This document shows, piece by piece, positions 13,395 to 26,509 of a DNA stretch of 64,000 nucleotides (positions are counted from its first letter, which is position 1; every line of letters starts with the position of its first letter). Made by a program: the position numbers and the translations under genes. This stretch comes from Octopus vulgaris (taxonomy: Eukaryota): contig OX597828.1 in assembly GCA_951406725.2 (NCBI GenBank), positions 6,448,001 through 6,512,000 of the forward strand, in the 5' to 3' direction. A model generated the notes under the pieces. The model did not search any database, was not told the origin of the DNA, and was given only the letters and a program-made list of their open reading frames with translations.

Positions 13395-13715
13395 CTGTTT
13401 CAGTCAATGAACTACGTCCATGCTGGGGCATCACCTTGGAAGGCTTTTAGTCGAACAAAACCACACTAGTAATTAGTTTTAAGACTAGTATTTATTTTAT
13501 GGGGCTCTTTTACCAAATTGCTATGTTACGGGAACGTTAACAAACCAACAACACCATATATATATTTCCACATAGTTTAAACCTACCAAATTCATATACA
13601 AAACATTAGTTGGAATCGGGGCTATAATAGAAGTCACTTGACCATTTCGCCGCGGGTCTGAACCCTAAACCAAGAGGCTGGCGAGCGAGCTTCTTAACCC
13701 CACAGCCATGCCTGT
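13395..13715 (-). mobile_element. Degraded SINE family A, minus strand
   Basis: Reverse complement of the tail (TGTTTCAGTCA..CCATGCTGGGGCA) and of the head (CTTCTTAACC..ACAGCCATGCCTG). Confidence 0.75.
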
Positions 13716-13780
13716 GTTTTATATTGAGTTCACGTCATTTTCTATTTAATTGGTTTTGTATTTACATAATTTATGCAAAT

Positions 13781-13955
13781 CCATATTTAAGAGATGAGGA
13801 ATTATGTACATTATCTACATCTTGTTTGTTGTTAATCAGGTGTCTGTTGTTATTATTATTATTGATATTATAATTATTTAGGTCACTGCCTGGAATTGAA
13901 CTCCGAATCTTGGTGTTAGTGGCCTGCGCTCTTAACCACAACGCCATATGCCCGT
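13781..13955 (-). mobile_element. tRNA-headed element (family D) with internally deleted Penelope-like tail
   Basis: Minus strand: GGGCATATGGCGTTGTGGTTAAGAGCGC..GAGTTCAATTCCAGGCAGTGACC, (AAT)n, then GACACCTGA|TTAACAACAAACAAGATG..GTACATAATT. Confidence 0.7.
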
Positions 13956-14035
13956 TATTATGGAGTGAATTTTAGGGCTTATAAATCTAATATTCTCTTA
14001 TCTTTTCTTAGACCTGAATAATGATAATAATAATA

Positions 14036-14073
<38 letters not shown>

Positions 14074-14109
14074 AATAATAATAATTATAATAATAATAAT
14101 AATAATAAT

Positions 14110-14148
<39 letters not shown>

Positions 14149-14167
14149 AATAATAATAATAATAATA

Positions 14168-14272
14168 ATGTGCCTGGTGTACCTTTATCAGACGGGTAGT
14201 CATGATGGGTATATTGGGCTTCGTATATTTTACCCCAGTGTCACTTTGATGGCATGCACTGCTCTCTCACTC

Positions 14273-14278
<6 letters not shown>
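14168..14278 (+). mobile_element. 3' end of an unclassified interspersed repeat nested in (AAT)n
   Basis: Reverse-complement match to 48380-48497 (GTGTCACTTTGATGGCATGC..CTCTCACTCAATAAT). Confidence 0.75.
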
Positions 14279-14304
<26 letters not shown>

Positions 14305-14371
14305 CAACAACAATAACAACAATATTGAAAAATACCTTAGGAATGAGAACTCAGGTTCGAAATTTCCCCGT

Positions 14372-14417
14372 GATACCTGATGAAGTCTGGAGAGTATATC
14401 AGCCGAAACGTTGTGTT
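14372..14417 (+). ncRNA. Minimal type I hammerhead ribozyme motif
   Basis: GATAC-CTGATGA-A-GTCTGG..TCAGCC-GAAA-CG-TT-GTGTT; stem I GATAC/GTGTT (with G-U pairs), palindromic ACGT stem III, one stem II mismatch. Confidence 0.7.
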
Positions 14418-15011
14418 AACAACAAACAAGATTAGGACAAATATCCGTCAAATGTAAATAATATAGATACTGTACATAATTTATGATGAACGTTGAATGA
14501 GTATAAGAATAGCCAAATACATTCTATTTATGATCAACCGCCAATTTCAAGTTTTGTTTGCTTGACAGCGCCATAAGTGGTGTCCTGTTGTTTTTAAGAC
14601 ATTCGTATCAGATCTGCAAAAAAAAAAAAAAACTTGGCTGCAATTTATTGCAGTACGATCGACCAGACAGAGACACTGTCGTTGGACGGTCATGTCGCCG
14701 TACTCTCTTAAATCAAGATGATTAAATAATGCAGTGTAAGATTTTCTTTCAAAATAGAATATCGTCGTGGCTGAAATGTTTCTGGGCATTGGTCTGCTCA
14801 ATCAGAAGTAATTAAGAACTAAACAACAACAACGTCTGTAATGACACCAACAACAACCATTAATATTTGACAATGTCATCTGGTTCTGAGATAATTCACT
14901 CCTGGTAGAATAACAAATTGTAGTATATGAAGGCGTAAAATACGATTCCACTTCGCTTTTGACCAAATAAACATATTATTCACAAAATATTCCAGGTGAT
15001 TGGTTTGGTAA

Positions 15012-15184
15012 GCGGCATAGGCGTGCCTGTGGGTTAACAAGCGAGCTTCCAAGCCACATGGTTCCTGGTTCTGTCCAATTGTGTGGGACCTAGGGTAGGT
15101 GTCTTCTACTATAGCCTCGGGTCGACCAAAACATTCTGAAAGGATTTGGAAGAAGGAAACTAAAAGAATCCCGTGATACACACA

Positions 15185-15233
<49 letters not shown>

Positions 15234-15420
15234 CTGTGTGCGCCTTTGTGTGTGTGTTTACGTCCCCATAATTTAGCAGTTCAACAACAGAGACCGATAG
15301 CATAAGTACTGGGTTTAAAAAAGAATTCTTGCAGTCGATTTGTTCGACTAAAACCCTTCAAATCGGAGTCCCATCATGGTGACAGAACTGAAGCAAATAA
15401 AAGGTAAAAGAGACAAGAGA
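15012..15420 (+). mobile_element. SINE family A with (GT)n
   Basis: GTGTCTTCTACTATAGCCTCGGGTCGACCAAA and tail colinear with the 9715 copy. Confidence 0.85.
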
Positions 15421-16285
15421 GTAGACGGTGAATTGACAAAGTCGTTAGAAAGCAGATAAAATGTCTTGTAATAAAGCAGGGAATATGTTCTGAATCATTA
15501 TGCACTAACTTCCATCTTGCTGAGATTAACTTCGTTTCCCCTCATTTCAGATTGGATTAGAATACTAGCCGGGGGAGCTGGTTCAGGCACGATTCCATGT
15601 GGTACTTCCTTAGGCACTTATCATGCTGCGATTTTGAGCAGTAGACTTAATTCACCACTTGATTTTACACCACCAACTGACTCTCGGCTGTTTTTTGAGA
15701 CGTTCGCTGTGTTGCAAGCATTTGAACCAGGTTTCAGGTTTGAAGGTAGTTTCAGAAGAAATAACGCATCTTGTGTGCTACACCCCACACTTACCTCATC
15801 AAAAAATTAAGATTCTAAAGAAAAAATCCATTAGATCGATGCTGATGTTAATTTTTTTGCCATAGATTTGTGGTAGTTGGTGTTGTTGCGGTCTTCATTG
15901 TTTTTCTTTCTCTTCTCGGGATTGTTGATTAACTCTTGGTCAACAAATCATCGAGGAGACCTATAATAGACAAGTGCATTTTATATATAAGTATCACATT
16001 TCTTTTACGGAAATACTGTTTCCAATATTGCATTATGGAATTAATCCTTCCGATTTAAAGATGACAGATGTGATCCGGGAGCAAATGGCTGCATCTAAGT
16101 GGTTGTACAACCTTATAGATATTCCTGTAACTGGACAAAATGAAGTCATATTTTACAGTTTGTTTTGAGTGGGTAAGAAAAGTTAATGTTTTACAATGGT
16201 GCTGCAGTTGTTGGTATTTGTTCGTTGGAGGAAGCATAAACTTTATTCTAGCACATTGACAAGTAACAAGTCCCTTAACCCCTAG

Positions 16286-16906
16286 CATAATAGGCATAGT
16301 GATTTGGGATGGAGAAGTGAAACCGTACCATTGTAGAAATCACCAGCGGATGAAGATCAGTGAGAAAGAGAATACCTACCCTGAACTGTTGAGAAATGTG
16401 CGTAATTATTGAGGTGCTAGGATATGTAACCCACGAAATACCAATCTTAAGGAAGTAGGCTTCTCAAAACCAGAAAGGAGAAAGTTGATTCGAGGATTAC
16501 AGATACAGGCCATCACTGGAACTGTAAAAATCTGAAAAACTTTTCAGAAGGTTATTATTTAAGTATATATGCGCATGTCTGAAAAGGCAACTATATAAAT
16601 AAAAGAAGTCATGCATAAAACAAAATACAAATCTGCAAATGAACTAACTCTACATACATACAAACTCGGTTGATGTTGGTGTAATTCCAATGAAAGAGCC
16701 TTATCCGCTATACATACATACATGCATACATACATACATACATGCATACATACATACTAACATACATACATACACACATACATACATACATACATACTAA
16801 CATACATACATACACACATACATACATACATACATACATAGACACATATACCCACATATAAAATCACATATATGTATATATGTATTTATATATATATGTG
16901 TGTGTT

Positions 16907-16943
<37 letters not shown>

Positions 16944-17097
16944 TGATAGAGAGATAGAGAGAGAGAGAAGAGAGAGAGGGAAAAAAGAGAGAGAAAAAGA
17001 GATACATATATGTAATTCATATATATGAATGTCTGTGTATGCATGTGCATGTGTCTGTCAATTTGTATGTACGTATGCATGTATATATGCATCTATG
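16286..17097 (+). repeat. Inverted duplicate of 22571-23474: R4/Dong-like 3' end + (CATA)n + genomic flank
   Basis: High-identity reverse-complement match across the LINE tail, the microsatellites and the non-TE flank. Confidence 0.9.
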
Positions 17098-17154
17098 CAT
17101 CCAAGCAATGTGTCTAGGGCGAAATAGCCTGATGGAGCCCATCCTTCACCAGGC

Positions 17155-17302
17155 TAAGCTTAATTTTACAGCTGAGTGAACTGGAGCAACGTGAAGTGAA
17201 GTGTTTTGCCTAAGAACACAACACATCGCGGGTTCCAGTAATCGAAATTACCAACGTACGATCGTAAGTCCAACATCCTAACCACTAAGCCACGCGTTTT
17301 CA
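17155..17302 (-). mobile_element. SINE family C, 5' part, minus strand
   Basis: Reverse complement reads AACGCGTGGCTTAGTGGTTAGG..GTTCTTAGGCAAAACACTTCACTTCACGTTGCTCCAG. Confidence 0.75.
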
Positions 17303-18551
17303 CCTAAGCCATGCATTACATCATAATGCGTTGTAGTCTACGATTCTTCATAAATTCTATTAGCATTTAATGAGTGGTGCATTTGCCGAATCGCGGAAAC
17401 CATGGAAGCGAACGCGTTGAGATATTTATTCCGGTTGTTTAAGTTCTATGTTAAAATCCCGAAAAAAAAAACTACACCTTTTCCCTTTCATACTATCGGG
17501 ATTGATAATCTAAAGTAGCAGCCAAGTGATAGGGCCTACATAATCGTCTGTTCTTTTCAACTAAAATTTCAGCCCTTGCATATATCCACTCTACAATTTA
17601 ATATAAAAATCTTTCTTGGTGAGTATAATATTAGAAAATATATAACAAAAAGCAAACTGATGCTAAGAGCAAGAGAATATATTGATGGATGGTTCACAAC
17701 TAAAAACTACCCTCAATTCACTTTTCTTTTTCAAATTTGTTTTTATATAATAGAATCAGTAAATTGATATACTTGACACTTTGCATTCGCAACGTCTTTT
17801 TCATTTTCCGGAAAAGAAAAAATATTTGGATTATATCTCTTATGAGGGTATTATTTATGAAAATAATACATAGACAGAATTGAAAATATAAGTTGCTTGA
17901 ACGTAAAAGGATAAAAAGATGTCAATATATTTATATTTTAAATAAAAACTTCTGCCCGAAGCACAAACAGCTACTTATGAAAATTAATGTGTGCAGGTAT
18001 GTTTCGTTGTCTGTACGTGCATTTGTGTGTGTGTGTATGTGTCAGAGTATGTGTATGTCTGTGCGTGTGAGAGAGAAAGGGGGGGAGAGAAAGAGAAAGA
18101 AATAGTGTCTGTATGTGTGTTGAATATATACGTGTAGATATAAGAAGATTAATTTGTGAGTTTGTTGTTGTAACTGTGTATATAAGTGCTTACATACCGA
18201 AGTGTGTGAGCGTCTGTGTGTATATGGATAGGCAACTGTGAGGTATATTATGATGAAATGTATGAAAATACGGAAATATTTCTACATCATAGCTGTATAC
18301 TTACGTCTATATATTGACATTTTTTGCATGAACATTTACTGTATCATATATTATTTGTGTGGGTTGTTATGTAAGCGCAGTACATGGCTATATACACGTG
18401 CACTGGAGGTGGCATGTACATCAGATGAAGTAACATTCTGGGCACATATGAAAGAGATAGCTCATCGCCGTTGCTGCCACTTTATTCCATTTGCCCTAAT
18501 CGAGTTGCTTTTTAACAGACACCTGTAAATGCATTGCATGTGAAAGTGTAC

Positions 18552-18619
<68 letters not shown>

Positions 18620-18791
18620 GCATGTATATACATATACATATATGTACATATGAATACGTATATGTTAATGCATGCATATATATACATATTCAAGCCATAT
18701 GTTGAATATATATAAATGTATATATCTATATATATATACACGCTCACATATATGTGTGTATATGTCTGTGTATGAGTGCGTATGTACGTAT

Positions 18792-18826
<35 letters not shown>

Positions 18827-18828
18827 AA

Positions 18829-18882
<54 letters not shown>

Positions 18883-18940
18883 GTGTGTGTGTGTGTGTGT
18901 GTGTGTCTTTCACCACCTATATATATAATATATATATATA

Positions 18941-18975
<35 letters not shown>

Positions 18976-19566
18976 TTTCACCACCTTTTTCTATGTTTCT
19001 TTGTCCTTCTCCCTTTCTTGTGGAAGTAAATGTCTGTACAGTCTAAGTATCTAAGTGTGTCTCTCACCCTCTTCGCTGTCACTATCATCTCTGTAATAGT
19101 TAAGTAAAATACATCAATGACGGAGCCACATTTTTAAAGGGCAATTCTAGATTTAGATGGCAATCATAGCATCGGCTGAATTTTTATTTGATCATTTTAA
19201 ACTGCAATCCTTAATCGCATGAGGTCACGCATCCACGTCTGTTTGATCCTCTCTATACCTTCCTTTGATCTTTCATCAATATGGCTTCTAGTAAAATATA
19301 TATTTTCATGTTGTCTGCCAGAATACCTACTCTCTTCCATTACGCACTGACTGATGCTTTTTCAATAACCACACATCATCTATCTGGTGATATGCATGTG
19401 TGTAGGTTTGCCACTACATACGTAAAGGTGTATGTAATGTAATACATACGTATACATATATATATATACTTACATATATGTATGTATGCGTGTTTGTATG
19501 AACAGGTAGGTAGATCGGTTGAAATCTCTCTCTGTCTCGATATATATATATATACACACATATATG

Positions 19567-19661
<95 letters not shown>

Positions 19662-19990
19662 ATGCATATGTGTATATAATGATGTATGTAAGAGTGTTTG
19701 TATGTGTGTCTGTGTGTAATGTACTTATATATGTATTTATACAGAGGTAGGTCTATTAGGAAATATATTGATAGAAATACACATCATATACATACGTAAG
19801 TAAATATATACTCTCATAAGCCGATACATACAAACATAGAAGAAAGCGAAAATTCTAGTCCGCACTTACTTTCACAGGTACGCACTGGTATATAGGTTCA
19901 TATATATACGATGTATAAAGCACATACATATAAACACACACACACACACATACACAAACAGGTCACTGATTTGTCTGTGAATGTGCGTGC

Positions 19991-20049
<59 letters not shown>

Positions 20050-20339
20050 TCGTTTGTGTTTATCGAAAAATTCATACTTTGTAAGTAGAACTTGCATAGA
20101 CTCAATCATTTCAGTGTTAGTATTTGTCTGATCAAACAGTTCTATTGGAATTACCATATTATAGTATAAGATCTAGCTAGTTCGGTGGTAGTAGTGTTAT
20201 GTCTTCCACTACTACCATCACCACTATTATCAATCGTTGTCTTCGTCGTCGTTGTCGTCGTCTTCATCATCGTCTCCATTATTATTGCCATCAATAATGT
20301 CATAGCCATGTCATTAAGATCACTTAAACATCATTCTGC

Positions 20340-20372
20340 TCACCACCGCCACCTCCACGACTCATCATCATT

Positions 20373-20413
<41 letters not shown>

Positions 20414-20417
20414 AATT

Positions 20418-20476
<59 letters not shown>

Positions 20477-20680
20477 AATCATCATCATCGTCATCATCAT
20501 CATCATCACTAACAACATCGCCAGCACTACCACCACCATCATCAACCATCATCATGATTGCCGTCATCGTCGTCAACATCGTCATTATCGTCATCATTGA
20601 CTTTATCATTATACTCACCATCATCTTCATCCTCATCGCTGTCATCGTCTTCGTCATGATAATCGTAATCGTTATCAACA
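20340..20680. repeat. (ATC)n compound microsatellite
   Basis: Read directly from sequence. Confidence 0.95.
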
Positions 20681-21049
20681 TCCAGAGCCCCCAAAAATGC
20701 TTTAATTCTCCACTTCCTGTTCATTCAAAATCCAGAACATCGTTATATGTTGTGCCTTCCCACTTTTCCCCATAGTGTGCTAGTCCAAATATAGTTTGAA
20801 TTACATGTGCCAAGGGTCATTTTAGAGTGCAGCTTGCTACGTCAAAGAGACATTAGAAATCCCTACTGTCGTGTCAGCAATGAATATCAAGATACGAAAT
20901 ATCTACAAAGAAAATACAGAATGTTCATAGTTGCAGCACATTTCAATGTAGATCCGCTGATTCAGTGCTGATCTGGGATTAAACAACATCAGCCATTACA
21001 CTAACATCATTAAAGAAACGAAGAAAGGCAGCTCGCACACAAAGAAACG

Positions 21050-21200
21050 TAGAATCGTTAGCAGTGCGTCTGTCTTGAGTTCAAATTCTGCTGTGGTCGA
21101 CTTTGCCTTTCATCCTTCCTGGGTCGATAAAATAAGTAGCAGTTCATCACTGGGACCGATGTAATCGACTTACTCCCAAAATAACTGGTCTTTTACAAAA
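21050..21200 (+). mobile_element. SINE family B fragment
   Basis: GAGTTCAAATTCTGC..GGTCGACTTTGCCTTTCATCC..GATGTAATCGACTTA. Confidence 0.75.
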
Positions 21201-22727
21201 CTGTGATGCCAGTTTGAACTGTTTGAACTGCTATAAATAGTTGTCAAATCTCTATGAAACCTACCCTAGATTACTCTAGATTACTTAACAACATTAGCTA
21301 TTTTAGTACCAGATACATAACAGCGGAAACGAAGTTGGAATCATTATGTCTAGAGGGTTTTGGTCATAGATCTATGGTACTCTGTGCTAAAAGAAGGAAT
21401 AAAAGCAACAGAATAGTTGTACTAACAACAGCAATGTAAAATACCTGTCAAATAAAGCCCTCGAGGAGGTGTCTATACGGTCCCTCAGCCTATTAAAAAT
21501 AGTAACCAAATGCCCTCATATCAAGTCTAGTGCCTTTTAATCGTGATGGACAGACTGGATAATTCAGCCTTAAACATATTGTTTTGAAGGAAAGATACTT
21601 TATTTTTCTAAAAAGTTGTAGTCGTGGCTAGAAGGCTTTTGATCATAAATCTACTTAATCAGTACTCGCATCAGACTGAACAAGAGTGACAAAAGCAGCT
21701 AACATTACGGCACACTTGAGACGACTAGCACAAATTCTAAACAAACAAATACACACGTTGATATAGGTTCACATACAGGTTGATACATACATGTTCGTGT
21801 GTCGAGGAGGGTTTGTATGAACATAATCAGAGATATAACCAGAGACTTGCCTTTGGAAATCATGCAAACCACAACAAACTTTGAAAGGCCTCGCTGTTGA
21901 CAACACCCTTAAGTTTACTCCTTAAAGAGGGTCTTTCTGGTGCAGTCTGTGGGTTAACTAAAATAGTTGTCAAATGATAGACGAATTTAGGGTACACAGG
22001 AACAATCCAACTATATGCATGTACATATACAGGTGTGTGTTTGTATGTATGTGCATATGCTTACATGTGCACGTAATTCCACAGAGGACAGATATACTCT
22101 AAGGTGATACCTATGTATCTATGATATCTAACTATTTTGCTTCTATTTTCTTCTATTTGTCAGGTTAACGGTTTCATACATCTAGAAAGTGGCGCTCTTG
22201 TTGCACAGGTGCTTTTTACTACAAAATTGATATATAAACACTTTATAGTTTTTGCTTCTTTACTCAAGTCCTAAATCAAGACGTAGGATTTGTGGCCCCG
22301 GAAATAGGTAGCTTACCTTTCGTTATAACAGTTAATAAATCATACACGCCTTCAACAACGAAATATTGCTCATTCCAGGAAAGACATAATACAAGCAACG
22401 GGAGTTGTGGGATTGTGAGGTCCACTGAAGTTTTGTCTGGGTCTAAGAAGATGAGACTTAGTCTTGCCATACTGTACAATGTATTCATCATCATGTGTAT
22501 CCGTGTGAGTAAACTATTACACCTGTGCACAGCCACGGCACAGGCACTCGCACACATACATATGTTCAGACATAGATGCATATATACATGCATACGTACA
22601 TACAAATTGACAGACACATGCACATGCATACACAGACATTCATATATATGAATTACATATATGTATCTCTTTTTCTCTCTCTTTTTTCTCTCTCTCTCTT
22701 CTCTCTCTCTTTCTCTCTATCTATCAA

Positions 22728-22771
<44 letters not shown>

Positions 22772-22945
22772 AACACACACATATATATATAAATGCATAT
22801 ATACATATATGTGATTTTATATGTGGGTGTATGTGTCTATGTATGTATGTATGTATGTATGTATGTATGTATGTATGTATGTATGTATGCATGTATGCGT
22901 GTATGTATGTATGTTAGTATGTATGTATGTATGCATGTATGCATG

Positions 22946-22979
<34 letters not shown>

Positions 22980-23049
22980 TGTATGTATGTATGTATGTAT
23001 GTATGCATGTATGTATGCATGTATGTATGTATGTATGCATGTATGTATG

Positions 23050-25015
23050 TATAGCGGATAAGGCTCTTTCATTGGAATTTCACCAACATCAACAGAGTTT
23101 GTATGTATGTAGAGTTAGTTCATTTGCAGATTTGTATTTTGTTTTATGCATGACTTTTTATTTATATAGTTGCCTTTTCAGACATGCGCATATATACTTA
23201 AATAATAACCTTCTGAAAAGTTTTGCAGATCTTTACAGTTCCAGTGATTGCCTGTATCTGTAGTCCTCGAATCAGCTTTCTCCTTTCTGGTTTTGAGAAG
23301 CCTACTTCCTTGAGATTGGTATTTCGTGGGTTACATATCCTAGCACCTCAATAATTACGCACATTTCTCAACAGTTCAGGGTAGGTATTCTCTTTCTCAC
23401 TGATCTTCATCCGCTGGTGATTTCTACAATGGTACCGTTTCACTTCTCCATCTCAAATCACTATGCCTATTATGTTCACATTTTATTGAAGTTTCACCAG
23501 GACATTCCATCCGTACTCCTTTTTATTATGAGTGACTATGACTTCCACCATCTGGTGAATTCCTATTTCTTTGCCTACATTTCTTTGCCAACATTATGTT
23601 TCAACGGTAGATATAAATGAGAGGACAATTTCGGACGACTGTTCATGATGGAATAATATCTTCGGTGTTAACTCCACAAAGTGTGCAACGGTTATCACAT
23701 TTTTCTGCTTTTTCTGCGTCTCTATCTTTTTTGTGCATCAGGTATTTCATTGATATTTCCTGTTCCTGGATTGCGAAAGTACAACCCTCAAAGTGGGAGT
23801 TAATAATCCAGTTGAAGATCCATGATAGACTGCTCTGATGGTCAATGTTACTATCATCCTGGAGCTTTCTGCTACCATATCCATGCATGTTCTTCTGCTG
23901 ATACACAATCATCCGTTCATCTGAAGCTATGTTGCAATAGAGTGGTACCATATCTTTGGGCATGTATTCAACATTATCAGACAAGGAATACTAATCAAAG
24001 AGCTGCTTTAAAAGTGTCGTGATTTTATCAGCCTCATCTATGCAAACTCGGTCAAAGAATGCAATTCAACACTTAGTGCTTAAAAGACATTGCGAAAAGG
24101 ATATAATACGACATTTTAAGTCAGTCTGGATCGATGTTAAGCTTCTCCCGACTTGTTCTCGCTTTACGTAGAGGCGGTCTACGTCACTGTTGATGTAGCA
24201 TTTATATGTGCTGGTTAGTATCTTCCGAATTTTCCACACCAATGGCTCATCAAGCGTCCAGTCAAGTAGCTTCAATGTTAGCATGAGTATTGGCACTGGA
24301 AACATAATGTGGACCACTGATTTATTGAATGCAGAGCTTTCCGAGCTTAATATTCTTTAGTGTCGCGTGTCTTGTTACTGGTGCGATCGTCAGATATGTT
24401 TTCATCCACCTCTAGGTACGGTTTTTTCATCTCATGCATATTCTTTGCATATAGTTTCAAGGCATCCACAAAGAAACAGTGTGTAATTTTGGTGTTTGTG
24501 TTTTCTTGTGAACTAGTGAGATATCCTTCAGACTTCCTTAACATAAATGACAAGATTTTAGAGAAAGTAGAAACAGCATCAGAAAGAGATTGTCCCCTTG
24601 GAATATACGTCTGTGATGCAGTATTTTATCAGTGATAACACAATCACTCCTCGTATTTGGCTTCAATATGGTGGCTCGCGATGAAGTCAGGTCAGCTATA
24701 GCTTTCACTATGCTAACTGGAACTTTAGCTAATCGAAGGGTTTCTAGCGTCCATGAGTATGAGTAGGGGACAGAGTCAAAGGCTTTCTCGTAATCCAGCC
24801 AAATTGAAACTGGTTTCCTTCTATGCTCCTGCGCCTCTAAAATTACAGTTTTCTTTATTAACAATTACTCTGCACATCCCCAGAATCCCTTGTTCCTAAC
24901 TGTTTGATCTTCTGCGATGATTTTATTACTTTCACAATGGTATTGGAGGAAGAGGTTTAAACACACACTCACGCACACATTCGAAGCAACAAATTGCGTA
25001 TTTGGCTGGGAGACT
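23050..25015 (-). mobile_element. Degraded R4/Dong-like RLE non-LTR retrotransposon (RT, CCHC zinc knuckle, endonuclease, 3' UTR)
   Basis: Minus ORFs give WLDYEKAFDSVP, IFQGD, KITHCFFVDALKLYA, SDVDRLYVKREQVGR and AIQEQEI..CTLCGVNTEDI; the 3' end runs into (CATA)n. Confidence 0.85.
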
Positions 25016-25399
25016 ATTTATTGCTAATTCTACGAATACTATATCTAACTTTCAAGTCACAGTTATCTGTCTTATTAAATAACTGGTTAATCTTCAGATA
25101 AATTATCTGAAGGTGCCTGTTATTCAAGGTCGAAGTGATTTTCGGCTGAAATTTGAATTTTACTATGCAGAGAGTGTTTACAAACAGCACGACTGGACAC
25201 AGCAGCATCAACACAACCGAGGAACAAGACGAAAACAACAGCTCGATAGGTTAACAGATTGTAACTTTAAAATATATGTTTCTTAGAGTTATGAATTGAC
25301 TACTGATTTATTTAACTGTTATAAAAGAGCGAAACAGAACCCCACCGTTGGATATATGAATAAATTGAGATTATACTGGCACGATCTGCATCCAGAACT

Positions 25400-25980
25400 A
25401 ACTAAACTACTTTACTAAATCATTTACGCCAGGAAGCAACATTTTTGGAAGATAGGAAGAAATTTAGTGAATGTATCTTTATTGAAAAACAAAAAGATTT
25501 GAAATAGACCGTCTCCGAAACAATATAAATGAAAATGTGAACAATGTTAGACATGGTCTCACGGTTAGCGACATTCCAAAGGATACTATACTGCCTGCCA
25601 GCGAAACCACATTGCAGACTAAAGCAACTGACCATTGTCCTTCTACTATGACTATGGTAAATAGCAGACACAATCGCAATAATCAAGGTCAAATATTGGT
25701 GAAATATACCAGTAGAAAGCATTTTCATGAAAAAATAACTTTGGCTTTGAAGTGCTCTCTCGAAAAGAGAGCATTCTCTACCAAAGTAATTAAAAAAACA
25801 ACAGACACAATATTAAAAGCTGTTAATGAAATTAGAAAGGATTATTTACAGCAGTGTAATGAACCCTCACTCTGGCAGATTAACGCCTGCCTCTATGCCC
25901 TGCCTACTACAGGAAAGCAATACATGAACGACATTCAGAAAGTAAATAACACCGAAACAACGAAGGAAGTGCCACCATGG
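25400..25980 (+). mobile_element. N-terminal ORF segment of an R4/Dong-like element, inverted relative to 23050-25015
   Basis: First ~148 aa of ORF 25537 include ILKAVNEI..LWQINACLYA..KEVPPW, resembling the pre-RT region of R4/Dong ORFs; ends abruptly in (TATG)n. Confidence 0.6.
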
Positions 25981-26083
25981 GTATGTATGAATGTATGTAT
26001 GTATGTATGTATGCATGTATGTGTGTATGTATGTATGTATGCATGTGTGTATGTATGCATCATGCATGTATGTATTATGCATG

Positions 26084-26117
<34 letters not shown>

Positions 26118-26188
26118 TCATGCATGTATGTATGTATATATGTATGTATGCATCATGCATGTATGTATGTATGTATGTATCATGCATG

Positions 26189-26219
<31 letters not shown>

Positions 26220-26380
26220 ATATGTATGTATATATGCATCATGCATGTATGTATCATGTATGTATGTATTATGCATGTTTATATGTATGTATGTAAGTAT
26301 GCATGTATGTATGTACTGGGGTATGTATGTATGTATGTATGTAGGTATGTAGGTATGTATGTATGCAGTAAGTATGTATG
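25981..26380. repeat. Degenerate (TATG)n with recurring ATCATGCATG variant units
   Basis: Read directly from sequence. Confidence 0.9.
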
Positions 26381-26463
26381 TGGGCACGGACAAACGAATA
26401 CACGAGAGCAATCTTTGTCAGCAAAATCTAAAGCATTGATATATGTGAAAACTGAAATAGAAA

Positions 26464-26509
<46 letters not shown>

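Larger units (their letters stand above)
14012..14485 (+). mobile_element. 5'-truncated family D copy with hammerhead-containing tail
   Basis: Starts GACCTGAATAAT (matches the end of the tRNA head in the minus copy); microsatellite; HHR at 14372-14417; tail shared with 13790-13835. Confidence 0.7.

Noticed and set aside
13881-13955. Functional tRNA gene
   Set aside because: A/B boxes are present but I could not fold a convincing cloverleaf and it is linked to a repeat tail; treated as a SINE head (same for 2070-2140)
16060-16285. Middle fragment of the Dong element (APG motif on the minus strand)
   Set aside because: Only a 3-residue match; the surrounding translation does not fit
22140-22215. 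Possible plus-strand exon after a strong acceptor (VNGFIHLESGALVAQ)
   Set aside because: Weak donor, no recognisable protein and no partner exons
25981-26352. C-terminal half of the 271-aa ORF as real protein
   Set aside because: Read-through into (TATG)n; only the first ~148 aa are complex sequence
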